The notes below the pieces were generated by a model, which was not told the origin of the DNA, did not search any database, and saw only the letters and a program-made list of their open reading frames with translations. The position numbers were made by a program, and so were the translations under genes. Below, in pieces: positions 37,641-51,049 of a stretch of DNA of 64,000 nucleotides (position 1 is the first letter of the stretch; every line of letters starts with the position of its first letter). The DNA is from Vicugna vicugna (Eukaryota): assembly GCA_013265495.1 (NCBI GenBank), contig MU058384.1, positions 3,075,010 to 3,139,009 of the forward strand, read 5' to 3'.

Positions 37641-40049
37641 ATTTCCTTTTGCTGGTGATTTTGGCCCCACTTCTCTTGCTCATCTCTCCTTGCTTAGGAA
37701 ATTGTGGTTGCCCCCATCTGGCCTAGGTCCTCATTCGGAACCAGTCTCTGTGGGGTCAGTTTGGGTGTCTTGTCCGTGGAAGTAATGCCTCTCAGCTGGC
37801 AGGTGCCACCAGGCACAGGCTCTGTCTGGGGGACCCCAGCTTCTCTCTCCTGCCACCCCAGGCAGCTGCTGGTTATTGGTGACAGCCCTGGGCCACAGCT
37901 TCAGCTGTTTCTAAGCCCTTTTCCCTGTAAGGGCATCGTGTCCTGGTCCTCTGTGTCACACAGCCAGGTCACTTCCATGGCCCAGAGGAGATGTGAGTCT
38001 GTTCTTCTGCACCCGGGAACTCCCTGCAGCTGTGCCAATTTTCTCTTCTAGCACCAAAAAGACTGGAGCCTTCACCACCCCTCACTCTTCTATTTCTGGA
38101 TCACAGAGGTGGTCTCTTGTTTTTGAGAATGTTTGTGTATTTTTTATTTAATTTTCTTTTACTCTTTAAACTTATCTTTGTCCTCTGCATGAAGTGAAAA
38201 GGATGTAAATTTCCACCTGTACCTGTTCTATCAACTTAAGCAAAAATTATAAGACCTATTCGATCTCCCTTCCAGACTATAAATTCCTTGAGGATAGTCA
38301 TATCTTGTTTTACCTTATGTCCTTACCAAATAATACACACCTGAGAATATTCATTGAATGAAAGAATGAAAATAGGTAGAATTCCTTTTCTTAATTGGAA
38401 TCCTTTTTTCCTTTCCTCACCCCCATCCTCATGATTCCTCTTGGCGGCCAGGCAGCTGCTTGTTCCCCTTGGAATCAATGATGGCTCAACTTATCTACAA
38501 AACTCCTGCCTTTCTAATGCTGCTCTGAACTCCTTGTTTAAATCTGTCTGATTTGATAGCATTTGATTTTAAAAGTCATATGTCCTGTTAAGAAGATACA
38601 CAATGCAGGCCTGCATTGTGACTGAGTTCAACACAGGTTATTTCCTATTAAAAATAAATGCCATTTTCTACGTAGCTGTAGAAAATTTAGTTAATAAAAA
38701 TAAACAAATCTAAGGAACAAAACCATTCAAAACTCAGCCATACAGAGCTACTTGGGGGCATGACAGTTCATCTTTTCTCTCTGGCTCTAGTACGCCATCG
38801 CTCATAAAATGTCCTTCCTTGTTCTGTTGCTTGATTCACCAGTAAGCACACTGCTCTGTTCGTGAATTGTGCACGCTTTCATTCAGTGCCAATGGGCTAT
38901 CAAATGTGGGTTTCACCCACAGGCAGTGCAAACATGGCTGCGTTGTAGGATTTTTGTATTTTCATTTTTTTGTTCTGAAGTGGAAGTTAGGAAGTGAGAA
39001 GATTCTGATTTATTCTGAGCCGTGGAACTGTTCTGCTGATTTTGCTGCTAACATCGCAGAAGCAGCTGCTTGTGATGAACATGTAGATAGATAAGTCACT
39101 TCTCAGAGGACAGACCCTGGCTGGAGATGGCCTTGTTGGAAAGAAGGGACAGTTGTCGTGGGCTGGGGGGAAGTGCAGCCTTGGACTTCTTTTGAGGGGC
39201 TCTGCTTATCCATTCCTCTGTTGCCTCCCCTCTCTGTTACAACCACCTTTATCTACCTCTTGTATTTGGTCAGACTCCTTCTGTAGAACAGGAGAGGCCA
39301 TGCTCCGCCGTAAGGATGCCACTTAATCTGGGATCATTTTATATAAAGGAGGCTTGGGGTGACTTTTTGAGACCAAAGTAAAAATAATACCAAGAATAAG
39401 CAAAATCCAAGTTCCTGGTGCTTTTCAAACTGCTCTAAGAAGCAGCATTTCCCTTCCATCATGGTAGTATGTTCACTGCAGGATCACAGCAACCGTGGTT
39501 CCCAGGAGGCCAGGGACAAAAGGCAAAGAGGAGGGAGAAGCAGGAACTCCAGGACAGCAGTGGAGGGAGGAACCCAGAAGGCTTGCACGCCAGCACATGA
39601 CCTAAATAAGGAGAGAACAGATAATAATGCTCTACACACCAAGATAAGATATTCTTACCATCGGTCCATAAGTATGTGAAAAGTAAAAATAACATATTAT
39701 GATTTAAAAATGCAAAAAAAAAATCACAAAGTGGTAGGAGGCCTTTGCAAGCTATAAACTATCTAGTACTAAGAAAGTCTTGGGGAAGTGGTCAAATTAA
39801 GAATCTAAGTAGTCTGAAAGTCAGAGAATAAAAGGGAGAAAATATTCAGGTTCCTGAAGGAAAAAGGTCAGGAAAAAGTTTGAGAGTGTGTAGTGAGACT
39901 GAATAAAGCAACATAGTTCTTGCTGAGAAGAATCGGGAAAGACAGAGTTTATAACAATGTCAAGAGAAGCAGTGGAAGAGGAGGTGAAAATAAGGGAAAC
40001 TTAGACTTCCTTCTAATTCAGAACTATGTTCATATTTTCCTTGTATTAA

Positions 40050-40450
40050 CATTTATTCATTCACTTCAATGACAATGCATGTTTCCAATCATATTTATAG
40101 GGCACTTATTCTATGTTAAGAGCTGTTTGGATCATTTGAGGTCTAACTGAAAAAAAGCAAATAAACAAAAAGTTCCTATTTTCAGTGAACTGAAAATCTA
40201 ACTGAAAGAACACAACAAAACCAGTACCAACCGTGGTGCAGTGTTAGTTTCCAGATGTAGATGACAGAAGACATGAGGGATGAGAGAAGGCAGTGTCTGG
40301 TGGCTGCAGGAATGGCTGGAACAGGCCTAGCAAAGAGGGTGGGACTTGATTTGAATAAAAAGAAGAGAAGGGGAAGAGAGATGATCATAGCCAAGAAGCT
40401 CTTGCACCCCCAAAGCCAGCACTGTGGTTGGCCCTTTATAGAAGATCAAT
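40050..40450 (-). mobile_element. L2 LINE fragment
   Basis: ATTTATTCATTCACTTCAA...ATATTTATAGGGCACTTATTCTATG. Confidence 0.55.
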
Positions 40451-40644
40451 AATGTTTGTTCATAAAAGGATGGAAGATGAGTGACATGGGGACCACAGCT
40501 GAGCTTGCTCATGTAACAGCTCAAAAATGTACCTCAAAACCTGACAAAGAGGGGAAGCAGATTATGTGGGGGGGGAGGCACTCACAGTAGACAGAGAGTT
40601 TAGATTTGATAGAGTAAGAAATAGAACTCCACTAAAGGTTTTCA

Positions 40645-42725
40645 TTTTATTTTTTAAATTAACATACAATAAAATAGACTATTTTATGTGTGTACGGTTC
40701 TACAAATTTTAACACATATATAGACCTTTTACCTACCACCGCTGTAAGGACGTGAGACGTCATCACTCCAAAAATCTCCCCTGGGCTCTCCCTTTGAGGT
40801 CACGCTTTCTCCCATCTCTAACCTCTGGCAAACACTGGTGTGTTCTCCCTCATTCTCGGTTGTCCTTTTGAGAATGACCTATAAATGGGATCATACTCTT
40901 TGTAAACTTTTGAGATTGGCTTCTCTCACCTGGCTTAATGCTTTTGTGATGCTTCCAAGTTGTTCTGTGTATGAATAGTTTGTTCCTTGCTGAGTGGTCT
41001 TCCATTGTACTCACCTGTTAAATTAGGATGTTTGGTTTGTTTCCAGTTTTTAATAATTACGAATAGATCTGCTATAAATATTTGTGTACAGGTTTTTGTT
41101 TAAACATAAGTTTTCATTACTTTTGGATAAATACCCAAGAGTGATATTTCTAGGTCATATGGTAAGTGTATGTTTAACTTTATAAGAAACTGTCAAACTG
41201 ATTTGCATTTTGCATTTCCACCAGAAGTGTGTGACGATTCCAGTTGCTCTGCATCCTGGCCAGTATTTGGTATTACTAGTGTTTTTTTATTTCAGCCGTA
41301 AAATAGCTATGTTACATATTGTGGTTTTAATTTGCATTTACCACTGGCAATTGAGGTTGAACTTTTCTTATGTGTTTATTTGCTTCTGTACATCCTCTAT
41401 GGTGAAGTGTCTCTTTAAATATTTTGGTTTTTCTTTTCTTTTTTTTTTTTTTAAGCTGGTTGTTTGATTTCTTACTGTTGAATTTTGAAGATTTTTTTAC
41501 ACAGTCTGGTTACAAATCGTTTGTTAGATATATGACTGGCAAATATTTTCTCCCAGTTCGTTACTTCTCTGTGTCTTTCACAAAGCCAAAGCTTTAAATT
41601 TTGATCAAGTTCAATTTATCAGTTTTTAATTTTATGGAGTCTGTTTCCAGTGTCGTGCTTAAGAACCTGTAGAGGAGAAGAGAATCATTTTTCTTACTAC
41701 CTTTCTAGGTTCTCTGCTGAAGCCCTGTAAATAGAACTGACAGAAGACAAGTTAATGAGAAAAAAGTATTGAAATATATTGAATACAACTTTTATGTGAC
41801 ATGGGAGCCTTCACAGGGAAATGAAGACCTGAAGAAACAGTTAAACCTGAGCATCTGTATACTTTGATGAAGAGTGAAAAATCATGGGAAAATGTAATGA
41901 TACAAAAGGATTTGAGCCAAGGGGAGTAAACTGGGAGAAACCTATTCAGGCTTTTTAGATTCCCCTTGGTGTCCCTCTGTCTTCAGAGACAAGAATGCTC
42001 CTTTCTTCCAGGAGTAAGAACTTCCACATGAAGTTCTTAAGATCTACCTCAAGGGCGAAGGAGGAAGTCAGAGAGTCCTTCCTGCACCTGCTTTTTCTCA
42101 AATTCCCTCAGATTAAAACATTCAATACACTAAGGCGCCATATTTTGGGGGATGGCATGTTCTGAATCCTGTCAAACTCCTTCTCTAAGCCCAGGTCACA
42201 AAGATTGTTACCTATATTTTTTCTAGTCGTTTTATAGTTTTGCACTTTACATTTAAGCCTGTGATCCATTTTTAGTTAATTGTTTAACGTGTGAGGTTTT
42301 AAGGATTTTTTGTTATTTTGCTGTTGTTTTTGCCTGTGGGTGACCAGCTGTTCCAGCACCATTTGTTGAAATATTAGTCTTCCTTGAATTTCCTTTGTAT
42401 TTTTGTCAAAAATCAATTGGTCATATTTATGTGGCAGGTCTATTTCTAAATTCACTATTCTGTTCCATTAATCTACATAACTGTCCTTTTGCCAATACAC
42501 AATGTGTTGTTTCCTGTGGCTTGATAGTAAGTCTTAAGGTGGGGCAGTATGATTCCTTCAGGTTTCTTCTTCTGTTTTCAAAATGGTTGAAGCTATTTTT
42601 GTTTCTGTGTCTTTCCGTATCAATTTGAGTGTTAACTTGTTTAGATCTTCAAAAAAAATTCAGCTGGAAATTTGATTGGAATTCCTTTAAATTTGTAGAT
42701 TGATTTGGGGAGAACTCACACCTTT
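40645..42725 (-). mobile_element. Old L1 (L1MD/ME-like), ORF2 3' part plus 3' UTR, interrupted by an LTR
   Basis: GGATAAATACCCAAGAGTG...GGTCATATGGTAAGTGTATGTTTAACTTTATAAGAAACTG...TTCCAGCACCATTTGTTGAA...TAAATTTGTAGATTGATTTGGGGAGAAC. Confidence 0.9.
41668..42174 (-). mobile_element. ERV1-class solo LTR (MER39/MER93-like) nested in L1
   Basis: TG...CA ends, terminating AAGGCGCCATATTTTGGGGGATGGCATGTTCTGAATCCTGTCA. Flanks AACC/AACT. Homologous to 5162-5658. Confidence 0.8.
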
Positions 42726-43877
42726 ACAATCACTAAGTTTTTGAATAAGAGAATGAAATGATCACTGTTTATCTCTGGGAACTTCATTTGCATAGGCAGG
42801 ATAAATGAAGGCCATTTTTCTATTTTCCATACTATCCCCAGCCTAAAAGAACTGTGTAGCCTGGAAACCCACTCACCTTGCCCTCGAGTCTGGTAGGAAT
42901 GAGAGGCTCCAGTTACCCTTTCTCTAGGTTTATACTGAGTGTGTCAGCTCAGAAGGTGGCACGTGTGCTCGTAGGGGACATATTCCGTCAGCCTATGTCT
43001 GCAGCAGCCCAGGCTATGCAGGGAGGCTGGGACAGATGGTGAGAGGAATCCGGGTGTTCCACAGAGTCCCCATAAAGCTTTTTGGAGAAGGTATGGGTTC
43101 TCTTTGGCCACTTGGTATGGGTATCTTATATGTATTTGTGCAGAATTTCTGAATAAGTGTAAGACCTTGTCCTGTCTATGAGGCAAGAGTTGAAACTCGA
43201 CTGAATTACTGGGTGATTTTGAAAAACTCAACTTTCCTCTGACTTATTTTCCTCATCTGTAAAATAACTAAGTCCTTTCAAGCTACTAAGTGTGAAAATA
43301 CCTAAATATAGCAGTAGATCAACTGAGTCTAATATGCAAGACTTGTACAATAATTTGTGACGAAATCCTATCCTTAAAGAATGCAGAGCAAAAGACTATC
43401 CCACTGAGCACAGTCTGTGGTTTTACTGAAATTCAAATAGCCAAATTTTTCAAGGACACAGAAAAAGCATATTTATATATGCCTCTTCAAAATGCCAGGG
43501 CCTCTGTGACTGTGCGCAGAGTGCTGCTCAGATTCACGAATGTGTCCCAGATGTGCTCATGTGAACTCGTTTTGAGTTCATTGCTTAATGTGTCCTTACC
43601 ATCCTCTCATCTTAAAATAAGGCTGTCAGGAACATTTACACCATCAGGCAGCCAAAGTAGAGCTCATTCAGTACAGCCTTGCTATGCTGCATGAAAATGG
43701 TATCAGATAAAAACAAAACTTGTCAAGGAAGTTGATGTGAACAACCTGCTTCTCAAATCCTGAGGTAAGATTTGACATCTTAGCCCACAGCATCCAGCAG
43801 CTCAGTGAAGAGTAAGAAGGAAGGATGTGACAAAGAGGAGGAATGACTTAAAGCTAGAAAATTGTGTTTGACTCTGA

Positions 43878-43880
<3 letters not shown>

Positions 43881-43912
<32 letters not shown>
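43881..43912. repeat. (TG)n microsatellite
   Basis: About 16 GT units. Confidence 0.97.
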
Positions 43913-43915
<3 letters not shown>

Positions 43916-46039
43916 GGATTGATGAGAATCACCACGAAAGGTCCATGTCCTTCCCTGAAGGAAAGCATTAGGGGAAAACTAGAGAGGAAGACTCCATTTT
44001 TTTCAGGATGACTAGAGACTTCATCGTCATCACAGAGTCACCGAGAAGAAAGTAAGGACATTTCATTTACACCTACCATTGGACCCTTCTTCCAAGTAGA
44101 ATAGCCTAGAAGTTTTCCTTAAGTTCCATTTTTCTTTTCTTGGTGTTCTTTTACCCAAGGAATTTTCACACTTTTGTCACTTTTGTTATTGGTATCGTTT
44201 GCCTTTTTCACTCACCTTTAAGCAGTGCTAGTTTCCAAAATGAAACCTTGATGGAACCCTGACAAGTAGAAGAGAAGGTGGTGCAGTGATGCTGGCAGGA
44301 GTGGAAGGGGGACTGGCTCCTGTCCTGCTCAGTCTCCCCACCAAGCCCACAGGCTCCTGGGGCACCTTCACCGGCTTTGTGGGTTCACCTGGGGTGCCCA
44401 GAATAGCAGGCTTGGTTCCTGATCTCTCCCAGTCTACATACCAGTCCTCCGTGCCATTCCCACCAACCCTGCCTTGTGACCAATGAAGGATGAAACTCTT
44501 TCAAGTGGATATACCAGTCCATAGTAACATGTTAGCTCGCCAGTGTGTTACTCCCTCGGGTTATTCAATGTTTAATTTCGTTGAAATAGCCACCATCTAA
44601 GCCCTATGGATCCAAGTGGAGGTCAGTGATAGACGTTGGTAGGGGGGGGGCTTCTGGGTTAATCTCACTCATCTCATCTCCTAGGTGCCTTGTACTCTGC
44701 CCAGTAGGACACCAGGCTGTTTATAAGGCACCAATTTCTTCCTCTTCATACAAAAAGTCTAAAAATATCAATGCTACATTGATGCTTGTCCCTATAAAAT
44801 ACATGTAAGACTTACAGATGAAGACTCAGAAGACTGAGGAAATACTTATAAGACTTTTGAAGGTGCCAAACCTCACCTAAAAAAAAATGAACACCTTGGG
44901 GAGAGGAAATGCGGAGAGAAAGAGAATGAAAATGAAATCCCTCCCCAGCCCTACAGCAATACAGTCTGTTGGCGTTATTTTTGAAAAAGAGTGAGTCGTT
45001 AATTCTGACAAGCACCAAACTAGTTCGCCTTTAAAGCTTTAATAATATGCAATGAAGTGATTCGAGTTCATGTGAAGATATCCGAGCTGAAGTCTCAGCT
45101 TCCAAGTTTACCCCCGTGCCTTTATAAAGCACTTGTTTGCTTCTGGAGGTTTCTCTTTCTTGTTTTATTAGTAAGAGTTTGACATCTAATGTGGGCCAGG
45201 CATCAAGCACATACTTGTTACTATCCTCCCATGGACTAAGATGCTCTGGTGCCAGCCTCTAACTCCCTATGTAGAAAAAAAAATGCCAGCGATAATTAAA
45301 ACTTTTATAATCTGAAACAGCAGACACAACCTTGTCTAATTTAAGGTACAACAGAAATGGGAGCTGCAGATATCTGGTCTCTCAGGGACCTATTGTGGGA
45401 TCTGAGGAAGACAGAGTTTGGCCTTCATCTTTGCAAAACAGGGATAAGGCTCGCAACATTGATGAGGAACAGCTAGTTAAGGCAGAAAGGGTTATTGTTT
45501 TTAGGAGAAAGTCAGTGTTCAAACCATAACCCTGTTTGGTCTTAACCTGTATTAACACGGCCAAAGCAAAGTGGTTTTGTTTGTTTGTTTTATTATTTTT
45601 TAAAATGACCAAGTTGAAAGGATAGTAAATCTACCCCAATTTTATCATGACAAAGTCTAGCTACAAAAGCAGCTTTCTGAGTTGCATCTGGATGGCTAGA
45701 GCAGGAAAAAGAATTTGTATTCACTATTTCAATGGCCAAAACTACCTGTAATTATTTCCTCAGTGGGGCTGCATAAAACTTGAATTCCATTTAATCTTAT
45801 AGTAAACAATTTCTATATTTCATGTCATGGATTAGAATGAAAATGGAGATAGTTCATCAACACTGATCTGCGATATAAAAAAGAACAGTGAAGCCGAGGG
45901 TATGAGAGTGCATAAAAATGTTTTGTGTTGTGACCAGTACATTGCTTTAAAAAAATTTTACAGTCAGGCCCAATTGTTCATTCTCACCATGCAGAAGATA
46001 CTCACATATTCATTTTTAAAAGGGCAAATCAACCATAAT

Positions 46040-46340
46040 TCAGTTTATAAACTGTGAAGCTGGTTGTGAATGTCTGGATGAATATTCATTAGAATCTCTT
46101 AATCTGCCATCGACTGTGATTCATTAGGCATATGTAAATATCACTCACTTTAATTGCCCCTAAACTGACTTAACATAATATTGTCATTAGCAAATTATTA
46201 GTTATTTGTGTAACTAATGGTACATTATGGTGCGCACGTTAAATCTCCAAATATATGATTACAATTATGATGATGTTTTATGCTGGGGGCTTTCTAAACT
46301 ATTTGATGAAATATAATGGAGTCAAATCAAATCTGGTATG
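46040..46340. promoter_or_regulatory. Candidate conserved non-coding enhancer (homeodomain-motif rich)
   Basis: Repeat-free. TGATTCATTA (46117-46126, PBX-HOX type), TATGTAAAT, many TAAT/ATTA cores. Confidence 0.4.
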
Positions 46341-47009
46341 TTAATAGGACAGTTGCAGAACTTTTTCTGCACCTTGGCGCTGTTATCATGGCCCAGCTAC
46401 TCTCTCTTCCTGACACTTGACTTGCTGTAAGTTCTTTCTCTTGTCTTGTTTGCACCACAGATCTCAGGAACCTCCACATCTCTGTTCTACCATGTTTTAC
46501 GTAATGGGCTCCACTCTAGTTCGTTTTTGGTAAAAGTGACTTTATTTTCAAAAATATGCACTCACTGGAATGGGGCAAACAATAAAATAAGCAAAGAAGG
46601 TGTAGAAGATCTTTCTGAACATGGATGTAAAGGGCAAAGACTAGCATGTGATTTAACCCCAACTCCTAGGAAGTTTGCCCTACATGATTGGGGGGCAGCG
46701 TCTTACATATAAATTCATATAATGGTGAGCTGTGTTCCAGCTGTTTTCTCTAGAATCATCATCTCTGAAGAATTTGACCCTACCTAAGAGCCCTCTTGCA
46801 TTCTTGGCACTGCTTTTTCCAAAAATGTTGTTCGCCTGTCCCTCCGTCTCACCAAAGTGCTTATTTTCCAACAAGGAAATTTCAGTCTCTACTGCAATAT
46901 CATAAGGTTTGTTTTTCAAAGAAAACTCCTCACTTCTACCACTTACAATTATTGCAGATTCAGTAGGCGAGCTCCCAGGCATAAAGTTGACCCAGCACAC
47001 TGGCAGAGA

Positions 47010-47260
47010 AGGCTACAATTAGTATTCCTTTAGTCTCTGTTAATTGCCTAACTGGTGACAGGAATATGTTAATACCAAATGAGCTAACAGAGGCAGGGAA
47101 GCCTTTTATCACATTGCCCTCCTAAATATTAGTACATTAACAGGCCGTTGATGTTTATAAACAGAGATTCAGACATTTGCATGTTCCTGTCTTTGATAAC
47201 GCTCGAGATTAATTGCCATTTCATCTTAATTTAATAAGCAATCGTTTTGGTTAAAAAAAT
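47010..47260. promoter_or_regulatory. Candidate conserved non-coding enhancer
   Basis: TGACAG (47056-47061), palindrome TGTTTATAAACA (47152-47163), ATTTGCAT (47175-47182), CTTTGAT (47191-47197), several TAATT. Confidence 0.5.
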
Positions 47261-47673
47261 GCTTACACATGAAAAGAAATTATTGAGATAATGACAGCAT
47301 AATGAATATAGATTGTGATACAAATCTCCTGAAGAGATACCAACATTCCAGAAACACGGTCAAGCATTACTGTATTTAAAATAAAGCAAATTTTTCAGTC
47401 TAACATACTTCAGGTCTAACACTATGGCCATAAGGTAAAACAATTCTCCTTCTTTTGATTGATGGTGAGCGATTGAATCTCTCCACCCAAGAAGATTAAT
47501 TGCAAGCTTCAGAGATCTCTGCCAGCCAACATCAATCTTCCCATTTTACAGAGTGGTCTGTTGAGGTTCCTCTTCTATGCTATACATACTTCTGACATAA
47601 CCCCTAGTTCACAGGATGCCTACCTCCTCTAAAGGCTATACATTCCACAAAGTCAAGGGCTTTGTATTTAGTA

Positions 47674-47861
47674 CAGAAGTTGGCAAATGGGCTAAATTTG
47701 CCTGTTTTTTATAAATAAAGTTCAGTGGGAACACAGCCACGCTCATTCATTTACTCTTGTCTATTGACTGTTTTATACACAGTTGAATGGTTGTTACTGG
47801 GTCCACAAAGCCTAAAATATTCATGATCTGGCCCTGTACAGAAAAAGGTTGCCAACTCATG
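47674..47861. mobile_element. MER58A-like hAT-Charlie element
   Basis: CAGAAGTTGGCAAA...GGAACACAGCCACGCTCATTCATTTAC...AAAGGTTGCCAACTCATG. Confidence 0.85.
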
Positions 47862-48282
47862 GTCTAATACATAGAATTTTGCCAAAATATGAATGAATGA
47901 ATAAATAAAGTCCCTAAAATGGGCATCTTGTCTGTGACCAAAATTTATGCCTCAAATATCTGCAGAATTCAATGATTTATCACGTAGTTAAATAAAAGTT
48001 TAGTCACTTCTAACTCTGCTGTCATGGAGATGTCAAAAAATTTCTGATTTATTTGAGCCCTGATAATTTTCTTATATAGCTAGGCTGAGGTATTTGGCTG
48101 GGTTTATACACCAAGTCCATTTATGACTTATGGTGGAATGCAAAATGTGGCTCAGAAAGTCACTTTAAATTTTGTTCAGACTTTAGGTCCACTTCAGACT
48201 CAAACACAAGTCTTTTTTGTAACGTACACACATAAGAGAAATGAAGTAACACTCCTGCCCAGTATCAGTATTGCAATTATTA

Positions 48283-48545
48283 ATAATAACCAATAGTTAG
48301 GGAGCCACTAACTTTGCGCCAAGCCCATGCAAAACACTTTACATGCATTATCTCATTTAATCTTTACTGCAACTTTACAATATGGAAGCCATTATTTTTT
48401 TCTACTTTAAAGATAAGAATTTTGAGACCTCGAGAAAATACATGCCTTACCTAAAGTCACACAGCTCATAAATGGGAGCCAGGAATCAGTCCTCAGCTTT
48501 TCCAGGTCCATGATCCATGTTCCTTCCACGACACCCTGCCGCCTC
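48283..48545 (-). mobile_element. MIR SINE (near full length)
   Basis: CACTTTACATGCATTATCTCATTTAATC...AAAGTCACACAGCT. Confidence 0.85.
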
Positions 48546-49119
48546 AGTGACAGTGTGCTGAACTATCTCACCTGCACTGTAATGCTGGGATGCTTCTTAT
48601 ATGGCTACTAAACGTCATGTTTTTTTAAAATAGTCAATTATCTGGAGGCAACCTAATGTTTAGTAAAAATAGCAGAATATGAAATTAAATACTTTGTGAT
48701 CCTCATTCTGAAAAATATGTGTGTATTAGGATCTCTGCTGGAACATGGTCTACAGACCCTCCAGCTGTACAGGTGTATTGGAGCGTGGCTGCTGGGGCAG
48801 ATGGGGTGACCTCACCAGAGTCCTTGAATCTGATGAGCCTCCTTGAAAAGATCTCTTCCTAGTGAGACAAGGCTGGGGCTGGGAGCTTGACTTACTAACC
48901 AAGCTCCTATTGAATGGGAAGTGATGTTTAGTCACTATGAAGGCAGCTACTCCAACTGCCCTTTTCCCAGATGCCTGTGTCCATAGAGGTACAAGCAAAA
49001 CTCCTGGAGAATTCCTCCACTTGACTTTGCATCAGAACCATTTATGAAGCTGTTGTTGGAAAAGCACACTGCCCTGAGTTCTGAGCATCCCTGCACGGCC
49101 TTGACAGCTCTTTGTCAAG

Positions 49120-49650
49120 GATGTTTCCCAGGGGTGTGTTTCTAGCAAGCATCCCTAAGCCCTTGCTCTTTGGGAGGAATCCTCACAATCCTCATAATCC
49201 GGAGAGATACTGCATCTTGTCCCTCATTATGGAAGTGGAAAGGAAGAGGGAAAGTCTCCCTCACCATGTCCCAAGTAATCAGCAAATGGGCCTGTGACTT
49301 GACTTCAGCCACTGGGGAATCTAAATCCAGAGGAATCTGCAAAGATGGAAGGAATCATTGGGATCCCTTCAGAGAACTGTGTGCAGAGGCTTCAGAGGAA
49401 GTGTTCAGCAACAGGAAAGCTGCTGGTGTCCTGACGAGACTGAGTATTTCCACTAAGGGGCAGATGACATGCTTTCTGCTCTCTCTCCAGAGAGGCCTCT
49501 ATTCCTGCCCACTTTCTAAGCCTTGTGTTTGTCTCCAGTCTCCCATGATTTGGTGAGCCAAGGAATTAATCCTGCCAATTAGTTCCTTGTCTCTTTAACA
49601 TGGCCAGAGTCAGTTTCTGTTGCTTGCAGCCAATAACCCTGACTGATAGA
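49120..49650 (+). mobile_element. MaLR LTR (MLT1-type)
   Basis: 3' end GCCAGAGTCAGTTTCTGTTGCTTGCAGCCAATAACCCTGACTGATA. Confidence 0.7.
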
Positions 49651-51049
49651 GAACTTCTACACTCTGGCCATTCGGACATCAAATGATCATAACATGAGGA
49701 ATTGGAAGGGGCCTTTTCTCACCTTCGCCTCCAGCTTCCCTTAGTTTCACTGTCTCACAGAAAAGTTTCAGAATATGCATAAAGGCAGTTATAAAGATGG
49801 AGAAGCATTAATTCTTCTAGTCTGCCAAAGTGCAAAATTTGCAAAGGCATCATCAAGACAGGAAATAATCAGGAGAATAGTAAGTACAATCTTGTAGAAG
49901 ACCTGTGATTCCCAAGATGAAAGTGAAAGTTTTCACTATTTCAAGCCAACTGACTATACTCAGCATGGATGGTAGTGACGACTGGACATTCCCTCTGCCT
50001 GAAGGGACTGGATGTCACGCCAGCAACTAATGCTATTCAGAGAAATTGGCTTCAATGATTTTTTCATGTCCTCTTTGGTGACTCTCATCCAAATATGGGA
50101 GCTTAGCACTCTTTTATTTTTTTTCACATTCCAATTAGAAGCGACATTATTTGTCATTTCCAATAATTAGTCTAATTATTAATGTTCTCTCTCAGTCCCC
50201 AGGCCCTTCACAGACTTCTGCAGACAGTACATTCTGCTGAACTTTATTCTCCAAACCCCCTTTATACTTCCTGCAGGGACCTCTTCTCAGCTATTTAATC
50301 AGATTACTCATACATCGTTAGAACAGGAGAAATCTTTGGGAAAATTTCTTGTAGAAGTTTGGGCTGAAATCACCTTTCCTTGTACCGTGTGCAGATCTCC
50401 TGTTTACTACTTAATCCATGTTAAATTCTTCTTTCATAGACTTTGAGCTTCTTCACTTTAGGGAACAGGAGCCACAGGGGCCACATCTTTGTATTGTTGG
50501 CACCTATCACGGTGCCGGGAACTTGGTAGATGTTAAGTAATTGTTTGCAAGGCAGAGCTGAAGGATTCACATTTAGGGTGTTCTGAAATGCCAATGTGTT
50601 ATTCACCTCAAATAACATTTTAATTTTGACAGGAGAGTTTTTTGGAGACTGTTTCTAATTCCAGAGTAGAGTCCTGGTTTTGGGGTTTTAGGCCACTGTG
50701 GCAGGCTGATTAGGGAAATATCAAGAGGCACGGGTCCTCTAGTCACCTCGAGTCACACTTGTGACTGCAGAGGCAGAGATGAACATGGTACAAAGGACTT
50801 TGCATAGAGGGTGACACTCTCCTTGGCTTCAGTCCTTGTCAGAATACTGGACTAATGTCTCCACTACAGAATGCAGTAGACTGGCAACAGATCCCTAAAT
50901 TTCAAGTAAATCTTCTAAAAAAAAAAAAAAGGAAATGAAAACAAAAGTTCAAATGAATACATTTTGAGCAACAGATGAAAGTAGTTACCCGAAGGTTTTA
51001 CAACCTTCATTTTATTGTAAGAAGCTTGGAAGCTAGTCAAAATTTAGAT

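Noticed and set aside
5162..42174. Two related, co-oriented ERV1 LTRs as the ends of one provirus
   Set aside because: They are 36 kb apart and diverged, each has its own TSD-like flanks, and there is no gag/pol between them.
49448..49466. CTCF-like CCACTAAGGGGCAG
   Set aside because: Mismatch at a core position and located inside an MLT1 LTR. Too weak without binding data.
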